A stretch of DNA of 64,000 nt from contig VBKI01000093.1 of NCBI GenBank assembly GCA_005879535.1, positions 16,981-80,980 on the forward strand, in the 5' to 3' direction. Of the stretch, positions 1-6,691 are shown piece by piece; the stretch's first letter is position 1; every line of letters starts with the position of its first letter. Below the pieces are notes generated by a model that saw only the letters and a program-made list of their open reading frames with translations, was not told the origin of the DNA and ran no database searches. The stretch is from Deltaproteobacteria bacterium. GTDB taxonomy: Bacteria; Myxococcota; Myxococcia; Myxococcales; 40CM-4-68-19. The position numbers were made by a program, and so were the translations under genes.

Positions 1-753
1 CTCCGGGATCAACTCGATCGCGTCACAGAGGAGGCCCAGCGTCAGGCTGCGCGCCAGGAGACAGGCTCCTCTCCGGACCAGACGTCGGTCCCGGCTCCGC
101 CCCAATCGGGCGGGGAGGAGCTGGTGAGGCTAAAGGCGATGGTCGACGCCAAGGAGCGGGCCATCCAAGACGTGGAAGAACTCCGGCGTCGGCAGCTTGC
201 GGATTTGCAGGCACAGCTCGATCAGAGACGGGCAGTGTTTACCGACGCCTATCCGGCGGTCATCGCGTTGCGGCAGGACATCGAGGCGCTCTCGCACGAC
301 TCGCCGCAGATCGTGAAGCTCCGCGGCGAGCACCAAAAGCTACAGCAGGAGTACCTGGCTCGCCTTGCGCGACGTCGCTCAGTCCCACCGTCCACACGTC
401 CGCGCATGTCGCAGCAAACGGGATCTATCGGTGTGGAGCAGAACGAGGCCGTGCGCGATGCGCGGTTTCAATACCAGCAGGTCGTCGAGCGACTGAACAG
501 CGCGCAACTCGAGCTCGACGCCGCGCGCGTCGCCTTCAAGTACCGTTACAGCGTGATCTGGCCGGCGGAGGTCCCGACCAAGTCAGTATCGCCGAAAGCT
601 TGGAAGGTCTTCGGTCTTGGCATTCCTGGAGCGCTCTTCCTCGCCATGCTCGCTGCAGTTCTGATCGAATTGCGTCGCGCGACCGTTCTGTGCCGGTGGC
701 AAGTCGAGCGCGGCCTTGGGCTTCCCGTCCTGGCAGAATTGAAACGCTCGTAG
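1..753 (+). CDS. polysaccharide chain-length determinant (Wzz/GumC-like) protein, C-terminal part; 5' end lies outside the window
   Basis: Frame 1 is open from base 1, with no stop before the GTG at 124. The sequence is coiled-coil-like and Q/R/E/L-rich, and ends in a TM helix (VFGLGIPGALFLAMLAAVLIEL), as in Wzz/Wzc co-polymerases. Confidence 0.55.
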   Translation, partial: LRDQLDRVTEEAQRQAARQETGSSPDQTSVPAPPQSGGEELVRLKAMVDAKERAIQDVEELRRRQLADLQAQLDQRRAVFTDAYPAVIALRQDIEALSHDSPQIVKLRGEHQKLQQEYLARLARRRSVPPSTRPRMSQQTGSIGVEQNEAVRDARFQYQQVVERLNSAQLELDAARVAFKYRYSVIWPAEVPTKSVSPKAWKVFGLGIPGALFLAMLAAVLIELRRATVLCRWQVERGLGLPVLAELKRS

Positions 754-861
754 CGCAACGCTCATCGAGATACTCCTCGCCTCACCAGTCCACTCGATCA
801 GCAAAGAGCCGGCGATTACGGTTGCGTCCGACGAAGTCGATTCTCCGGCCGATCCAACCGG

Positions 862-1467
862 TCAGCCGATGAGCACGCACCCGGCGACGTGATCGCGTCC
901 GATCAATTCGATCGTGCGACGTACGGCGGAAAGCCGAGTCTTTCCAATCTCGACGCAGATGACCACGACGTCGGCTGCGGTAGCTACTTTTAGCGCAAGC
1001 GGATTCCTGACGACCGGCGGCAGTATGGCGATGCTTCTCACGGGCGCCTTCACCGGACGTGGGATGTCGGCTGCGAAATTCGCGTTGGCAGCGCTGAATA
1101 TGCCTGCGACCGACACGTAGTCGAGCACATCGATGGGCGCGAAGAAGCTGACGCGCTCGTCGAGCATGCGAGCGACTTCGCTGAGCGCATTCGTGATTTC
1201 GCTCGCGGACTCCTCCCGATCTACGGCGACGATTGCCAAAGACCGCCACGACTTGCGCGCGAGAGCGAACCAGAGTTCCTGGTACTCTCGGCGCGGGGGA
1301 TCGCTTTGCGCGTCGTTCTCCTGCAGATTTCTCTCGACGGCAGCGACCATGACGGACTCCGGACCCATCACGGGTTCAGGATGAACGGCGGCTCGGCGGA
1401 TCGTATTCCTCCCCCAGCGCTGAAGCGCGCGAGGCGGAACATACCCGGGATCCCCCGGTTTAGACAA
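862..1467 (-). CDS. BY-kinase/ParA-like domain protein with a degenerate Walker A
   Basis: ORF-track protein. The WRSLAIVAVDREESASEITNALSEVA segment aligns to where EPS tyrosine-autokinase domains carry the GxxGxGKS/T P-loop, but no GK[ST] is present. It is convergent with the Wzz-like gene. The true start is uncertain. Confidence 0.4.
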   Translation of the reverse strand: MSKPGDPGYVPPRALQRWGRNTIRRAAVHPEPVMGPESVMVAAVERNLQENDAQSDPPRREYQELWFALARKSWRSLAIVAVDREESASEITNALSEVARMLDERVSFFAPIDVLDYVSVAGIFSAANANFAADIPRPVKAPVRSIAILPPVVRNPLALKVATAADVVVICVEIGKTRLSAVRRTIELIGRDHVAGCVLIG

Positions 1468-1724
1468 ACGCGAGGTGCAATTTTCTGCTAGGGTGTAATC
1501 CGCTACGACGTGGCCGGGGAAACGTCCATATAGAAGTCCAAGTCAGCACCCATCTGCTTGCGTGCGGGCGCCCGGCAGGGATTTTCATTGTCGAATCAAG
1601 GGATTCGCCTGCGTCGCACTGTATCGAGACGCTCGTGTCCTGCGCTCCGAGGAAAACCGTTCACCCTTTTGCACTCGAACGCGCCGTCGACGCTAGGTCG
1701 AGGGCGTTCGCACTTGTGCTCGGG

Positions 1725-2414
1725 TCAGCTACCCGCTGGAAACGTTCCGCATGCAGTCGTCACGTTGGCGGCGAACGTTTGGGCTCCACCCGCCGCGAGA
1801 TTTGCCGACCCGGGTACGATCGCCACGCTGAGGACTCGTTCTGGCGCAACGTTCACGGTGATGGCAGCGATCTTGCTGGCATCGGCGTGCGCTTGCGCGC
1901 TGACGATGCATGTACCTGTCCCGCGCGCTGACGTGAAGACACCCGCGGTGGTGACCGTGCCGCACGACGGCGGCGCGCTCCAGACGACGCCGGTATCGGT
2001 CGATCCGGTGACAGTCGCGGTCAGCGCAACGGCCTCGCATGCATAGGCGTTCACAGGCGACGTCGCGGCGATGCGGACGCCGCTGTCGACGGTCACGACC
2101 GCCTGGGCATTTGCCGCCGAATTCGTCGTACTGGTCGCGACGACGTGAAAGACGCCCGAGTAACCCGGAGCGGTATAGAATCCGCTCTGGTTGATCGAGC
2201 CGCCGTTCGCCTCCGCCACGCTCCAGGTGACTTGCACCGTAGTCGGCGACAACGTGAACTGTTGCGCATCGTTGGTCGTCAGTTGGACTTTGGAAGGGCG
2301 TATTTCCAGCTGTGCAGCGGTCGGCAAGACCGATCCTTGGTCAGGGGCTTTGTGCTCGGTACCGCACGCTAGGGCAAAAACGATTGCTGACATGACTCGG
2401 AATGGGTGACGCAT
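1725..2414 (-). CDS. lipoprotein with bacterial Ig-like (Big_2-type) domains
   Basis: Internal ATG at 2414 is preceded by GGAGG. Signal/lipobox MRHPFRVMSAIVFALAC. Repeated beta-rich T/S/V/A segments (VQVTWSV..., TATVTGSTDTGVVWS...) are typical of Big_2 domains. Confidence 0.7.
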   Translation of the reverse strand: MRHPFRVMSAIVFALACGTEHKAPDQGSVLPTAAQLEIRPSKVQLTTNDAQQFTLSPTTVQVTWSVAEANGGSINQSGFYTAPGYSGVFHVVATSTTNSAANAQAVVTVDSGVRIAATSPVNAYACEAVALTATVTGSTDTGVVWSAPPSCGTVTTAGVFTSARGTGTCIVSAQAHADASKIAAITVNVAPERVLSVAIVPGSANLAAGGAQTFAANVTTACGTFPAGS

Positions 2415-2717
2415 GTGCCGTACCTCCGACAGTTGCAGCCAACTCCGCGGGCGCGGCGTCCTCGCCAACGAAGAGCGCCGCCGAACGAGCGAAGGCGACG
2501 TCCCCACAAGAACGATCTGTCGAAGGTGCAGCGGGGGGTGCCGACGGAGGTTACGGCCTGCGTGCCCGCAGACATCCGTGTGGTTGCGTAGGCCTATCCG
2601 CTTTCGCCGCCGCATTTAGAACAGCCGCGACGCATCATCTGTGACGGGAGTCACAAGCCGCGAAGTTCACCCTCTCGCCGCGAAGAGCAGTACGAATAGG
2701 CTGTTCAGGCGCTTCGA

Positions 2718-3821
2718 TCAGCGCAGCAGGTTCATCACGTGCTCCGCGATGGCGAGCGACGCCGTCAGCCCTGGGGATTCGATTCCGTACAGAGCGACGA
2801 GCCCGGGAACTGCATGGTCGCGCGGGCCCTGAAAGAGAAAATCCTGAGCGGCGCTCCCGGCCGGCCCGAGCTTCGCCCGAATCCCCGTGTACCCCGGCTG
2901 CAGGCCGTCCGCGGGCAGCGCCGGCCAGTACTGCCGGATCGCCGCCGCGAACTGCGGCGCACGGGTCTCGTCGAACGAGTAGTCGATCGAATCGATCCAC
3001 TGTACGTCGGGCCCGAACCGCGCATGCCCTTCGAGATCCAGCGTCACATGGATCCCCAGCCCGCCCGCGACAGCCACCGGGTACACGAGATGGTGGAACG
3101 GCGACGCTCCCGAGAACACGAAGTAGTGCCCGCGCGCGTAGTAGCAGGGCGGGATCGTCGCTGGAGGGACGCCCTCGATGGATCGCGCGACCGCTTGCGC
3201 GCAGAGGCCTGCCGCGTTCACGACGGCTGCGCAGCGCAAGCGTGTTGGCGCCTCGCCGCCGACGTCCAGTTCGATGCCGTCGGACCGGACCCGCCCGCTC
3301 AGTACGGGTGAGTTGAGCGCGATCGCTGCGCCGTGCGACTCCGCATCAGAGCGCAGCGCACGGAGCAGCCCGTGCGAGTCGATGATTCCAGTCTCCCCGC
3401 TGCACAGCGCCGCCACGCAGCGCACGTCAGGCTCGAGCTCTCGCGCCTCGGCTGCGGAAAGCAGCGAGAGCCCCTCGACACCATTGGCAGCGCCCTGCGC
3501 GGCATACTTCTGCAGCGTCGCGATCTCCGATTCTGAGGTGGCGACGACCAGCTTTCCGACGCGCCGATGCGCGATCCCCTTCTCCTTCGCATACGCGTAG
3601 AGCGATCTGCGCCCGGCGACGCACAGGCGCGCTTTCAGCGAGCCCGGCACGTAGTAGAACCCGGCGTGGAGCACCTCGGAATTGCGCGAGCTGGCGTGCA
3701 TCCCGGGCGCCCGCTCGGCCTCGAGCAGGATGACGTCGCGCCCAGCCAGCGAGAGCGCCCGCGCAATCGCGAAGCCGATGACGCCGCCGCCGATGACTGC
3801 GACGTCGGCCTTCAGGTCCAT
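2718..3821 (-). CDS. FAD-dependent oxidoreductase, L-2-hydroxyglutarate oxidase (LhgO)-like
   Basis: Start MDLKADVAVIGGGVIGFAIA carries a Rossmann GxGxxG motif. There is DAO-family similarity along the full length. The ATG at 3821 overlaps the stop of the upstream gene by 10 nt. Confidence 0.85.
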   Translation of the reverse strand: MDLKADVAVIGGGVIGFAIARALSLAGRDVILLEAERAPGMHASSRNSEVLHAGFYYVPGSLKARLCVAGRRSLYAYAKEKGIAHRRVGKLVVATSESEIATLQKYAAQGAANGVEGLSLLSAAEARELEPDVRCVAALCSGETGIIDSHGLLRALRSDAESHGAAIALNSPVLSGRVRSDGIELDVGGEAPTRLRCAAVVNAAGLCAQAVARSIEGVPPATIPPCYYARGHYFVFSGASPFHHLVYPVAVAGGLGIHVTLDLEGHARFGPDVQWIDSIDYSFDETRAPQFAAAIRQYWPALPADGLQPGYTGIRAKLGPAGSAAQDFLFQGPRDHAVPGLVALYGIESPGLTASLAIAEHVMNLLR

Positions 3822-5227
3822 CGCTGCTCCACGAAGCGTACCGCCGTCCCCGGCCCCGCCTGCGCCAGCAGCGGGAAGTCCGCGGGCATCACCGTCGCGA
3901 TCTTCGCATATCCTCCGGTGACGGGGCGATCGGGACCGAGCACGATGGGCATCCCGTCGCCGGGCACTTGGACGGCGCCCGGAGCGGTCCCTTCGGGCGG
4001 AATGTCGGAACGCCGCGCGAGCGCCATTGCCGGACCGTGGAGACGCAATCCGCGGCGATCGCTGCTCGGCGTGACGCGGTACTCGCGGTCGAAGAAGTCC
4101 TCCGGGCTGGCGAAGAAGTGCCATTGCGGACCGCGATGGGCGCGTACCTCGATGAGCGGCTCGCCCCAGCGGATCGGCAGACGTGGCGGCTCGGCGCCTT
4201 GCCGCCGCGAGCCCGATGCGCCGTGGAGCACTTCGCCAGCAGTCAGCGCGCGAATGGGTTCGCCGGGCAGGGGCAGGGCAAGGCCGCCTTCGGCGGCGAG
4301 GTATGCGCGCACGCCTCGACGCACCTGACCGGTGGCCAGGCGGTCACCGCGCTTGATTGGGCGGACATCGGTTCCGAGCGCCAGTCGCAGGTCCTGCAGC
4401 GCTTCCAGCTCCGGCCCGGTCAGCGTGATCTCCAATGCCGCGGCAAACGGGTCGTTGCCGAGAGCGCGATTCGCCGCCGCAAGGGAAGCGAGATCCATTG
4501 CGCCTCCGGCGGGCACCCCGGACGAAGCGAGCCCATGTCGCGGGCCGCCTTGCACCGAGGTGAATGCTCCGGGAGCGATGACGCGGAGGAGCGGCTCTCC
4601 GGAAGGAGCCGGAGGCCGCGGGCGTCGCGGCGGACGCGGGAGCTTTCGAACCGGTTCGAAAACGACGCGATCTCCCGGCCGCAGCAGCGCAGGAGGATCG
4701 GCGGCCGGATCGAACATGCGCGCGCTGACGCGCCCGAGCAGGCGCCACCCTCCCGGCGTCTCCGCCGGATAGATCCCGGTGTATCCGTCCGCCACCGCCA
4801 GGCTCCCGGCGGGCACGCGGACGCGCGGAGTGTGCAGACGCGCGACGGGAAACCCGCCCGTCATATAAGCGAACCCGGGCGCAAATCCGAGGAACGAGAC
4901 GACGTGCTCGGCGCGAGCATGGCGGCGCACGACTTCTTCCGCGGCGACGCCGAGCTCACGCGCAACCTCCTCGAGATCGGCGCCGTCATAGCAGGCCTGG
5001 ATGCGGACAGTGCGCGGCGGAGGCCGATCTCCGCGGCGCGAAAGATCCAGCCGCTTCACATCGAGCAGGTCGGGATCGTAGAGCAGGAGCAGGGTCCGCG
5101 CGCCGGGAACGGCGTCGAGCAGCCCCTCGGGAGGATCGTCCGCCAACGATGCAGCCAGGTCGAGCGCCTGTTGGTTCGGCAGCGAGAGCAGCGCCGCGCC
5201 GTCGCAGAGCTTTTGCAGCTCAGGCAA
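3812..5227 (-). CDS. fused 5-oxoprolinase subunits PxpB-PxpC (KipI-KipA / allophanate hydrolase subunit 1+2 family)
   Basis: The N-terminal half has KipI/PxpB hallmarks (FLGFAPGFAYM). A proline-rich linker (PRPPRRPRPPAP) follows. The C-terminal half has PxpC/KipA hallmarks (VIAPGAFTSVQGGPRHG..., GGYAKIATV). Confidence 0.85.
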   Translation of the reverse strand: MPELQKLCDGAALLSLPNQQALDLAASLADDPPEGLLDAVPGARTLLLLYDPDLLDVKRLDLSRRGDRPPPRTVRIQACYDGADLEEVARELGVAAEEVVRRHARAEHVVSFLGFAPGFAYMTGGFPVARLHTPRVRVPAGSLAVADGYTGIYPAETPGGWRLLGRVSARMFDPAADPPALLRPGDRVVFEPVRKLPRPPRRPRPPAPSGEPLLRVIAPGAFTSVQGGPRHGLASSGVPAGGAMDLASLAAANRALGNDPFAAALEITLTGPELEALQDLRLALGTDVRPIKRGDRLATGQVRRGVRAYLAAEGGLALPLPGEPIRALTAGEVLHGASGSRRQGAEPPRLPIRWGEPLIEVRAHRGPQWHFFASPEDFFDREYRVTPSSDRRGLRLHGPAMALARRSDIPPEGTAPGAVQVPGDGMPIVLGPDRPVTGGYAKIATVMPADFPLLAQAGPGTAVRFVEQRWT

Positions 5228-6452
5228 CGGCGGCCAGCTCCCGGCCGCGGGTCTCGGGAAGCATCAAGGCCGCGACGAACAGGAGCGCGTAGGCGGACGC
5301 TGCGAAGATGCCGATGGCGCGCCCCAGCGGCATGGAAGCGGCGAGAAAGCCGATCACGGTCGGAAACAGCGCGCCCACTCCGCGCCCGAAGTTGTAGCTG
5401 AAGCCTTGACCCGACCCGCGCACCCGCGTCGGAAACAGCTCGGTGAAGAACGCGCCCATGCCGCTGAAGATGCCGCTCGCGAAGAACCCGAGCGGAAAGC
5501 CCAGCACGAGCATGGCCCGGTCGCTGATCGGGACCAGCGTGTAGATCAGCACCGTCGCCATCGAGCAGAGCGAGAAGAGATAGAAGTTGCGCTTGCGTCC
5601 GAGCTGGTCGGAGAGGACCGCGGACACCAGGTATCCGCAGAAGGAGCCTGCGATCACCACGCCGAGGTACCCGCCGGTGTTGAAGACCGACAACCCGCGC
5701 ACCGTCTTGAGGTACGTCGGCAACCAGGTCGTGATCGCGTAGTAGCCGCCCTGCGCGCCCGTGGCGAGGAGTGCCGCGAGGGCGGTGGTCGCCGCCATGT
5801 CGGGAGCGAAGATCTCCCAGAAGCGGCCTCGCGCGCCGCTCTGCCGCGCAGCGCGGAACACGGCGGGTTCCTCGACGTTGCGCCGGATGTACAGGACGAG
5901 CAGCGAGGGCAGGATGCCGGCGAGGAACAGTACGCGCCAGGCGGTCTGCTCGGGGAGGATGCTGAACATCACCGTGTAGAGGATCGCCGCCGCGCCCCAA
6001 CCGAGCGCCCAGCCGCTCTGGACGGCGCCGACGGCTTTTCCACGGTGCCGCGCCGCGATCACCTCGCCCATCAGCACCGCCCCCGCGGCCCACTCCCCGC
6101 CGAATCCGAGTCCCATCAGGCTGCGCGCGGCGAGCAGCTGCCCGTAGCTCTGCGCCAGTCCGCACAGTCCGGTGAAGAGCGCGAACCAGAGGATGGTGAT
6201 CTGCAGCGTCCGTACGCGCCCGATGCGATCGGCGATCAACCCTGCCATCCAGCCGCCCAACGCGGAAGCGAGCAGCGTGCTCGTCTGCAGGGTGCCCGCT
6301 TGCGCCTTGGAGAGGTGCCAGCCGGCGATCAGCGACGGGATGATGAAGCTGTAGAACTGGAAATCCATGCCGTCGAGCGCCCAGCCGCCGAAGCAGGCCC
6401 GGAAGGTGGCCCGCTCGACCTTCGACATCTCGCGCCAGAAGGACACGACCAC
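5220..6452 (-). CDS. MFS transporter
   Basis: About 12 predicted TM helices. MFS signature-like motif GLIADRIGRVRT between TM2 and TM3. Overlaps the downstream pxpBC start by 8 nt. Confidence 0.85.
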   Translation of the reverse strand: MVVSFWREMSKVERATFRACFGGWALDGMDFQFYSFIIPSLIAGWHLSKAQAGTLQTSTLLASALGGWMAGLIADRIGRVRTLQITILWFALFTGLCGLAQSYGQLLAARSLMGLGFGGEWAAGAVLMGEVIAARHRGKAVGAVQSGWALGWGAAAILYTVMFSILPEQTAWRVLFLAGILPSLLVLYIRRNVEEPAVFRAARQSGARGRFWEIFAPDMAATTALAALLATGAQGGYYAITTWLPTYLKTVRGLSVFNTGGYLGVVIAGSFCGYLVSAVLSDQLGRKRNFYLFSLCSMATVLIYTLVPISDRAMLVLGFPLGFFASGIFSGMGAFFTELFPTRVRGSGQGFSYNFGRGVGALFPTVIGFLAASMPLGRAIGIFAASAYALLFVAALMLPETRGRELAAVA

Positions 6453-6488
6453 CGCCTAGCAAACCGCCGATGCCAAACGCAACTCCGG

Positions 6489-6504
6489 TGTCCGGAAACG
6501 GGAC
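6489..6504 (+). promoter_or_regulatory. candidate enhancer/UAS inverted repeat TGTCCGGAAACGGGAC (GTCC-N7-GGAC)
   Basis: Lies about 60 nt upstream of the -24 element at 6555. An almost identical 16-mer recurs at 9119-9134 in the same position relative to a second sigma-54 promoter. Confidence 0.35.
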
Positions 6505-6554
6505 TGCCGATCCCAAGGGCGGTCATCCCCTCCGGAATCGCCGAGAGCGCCTAT

Positions 6555-6570
6555 TGGCACGGCGTTCGCT
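6555..6570 (+). promoter_or_regulatory. sigma-54 (-24/-12) promoter candidate TGGCACGGCGTTCGCT
   Basis: Matches TGGCACG-N4-TTGCW with correct GG/GC spacing (GG 6556-57, GC 6568-69) and one mismatch (TCGC for TTGC). A sigma-54-dependent activator is encoded in the same locus. Confidence 0.55.
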
Positions 6571-6582
6571 GCAGGGCAGGGG

Positions 6583-6687
6583 ATGGAGAGCTTCGTCCAG
6601 GACGTGCGCTACGGACTGCCCTCGCTGCGGAAAGCGCCCGGATTCACGGTCATTGCCGCCCTGGCGCTCGCTCTGCGGGCGGAGTGA
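6583..6687 (+). pseudogene. ADOP-permease ghost gene (34 codons: N-terminus joined in frame to the C-terminal tail)
   Basis: MESFVQDVRYGLPSLRKAPGFTVIAALALAL|RAE*. The N-terminal 31 aa align to the N-termini of both full-length permeases (M..L..DLRFALRAL...GF...AV..LALG). The tail equals their ...ALR[AT]E* end. The terminal GAG TGA codons supply the GGAG SD for the ATG at 6692. Confidence 0.5.
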
Positions 6688-6691
6688 ATCG

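Noticed and set aside
2639-2654. Palindrome TGTGAC-GGGA-GTCACA downstream of the LhgO-like gene
   Set aside because: The stem is only 6 bp, there is no U-tract, and it does not recur elsewhere in the window. This is too weak to call a terminator or an operator.
5056-6516. Long antisense or alternative-frame ORFs throughout the window (for example 5056-6516, 5406-6698, 7117-8277, 9742-11397, 11219-12739, 14454-16040, 16019-17524, 19497-21455, 23307-25049, 24958-26220, 35526-37604, 44937-46688, 46787-48997, 56292-58409)
   Set aside because: All are Arg/Pro/Gly/Ala-rich with no recognisable motifs. They lie opposite or out of frame to genes with strong family signatures. This is the expected stop-codon depletion in very GC-rich DNA.
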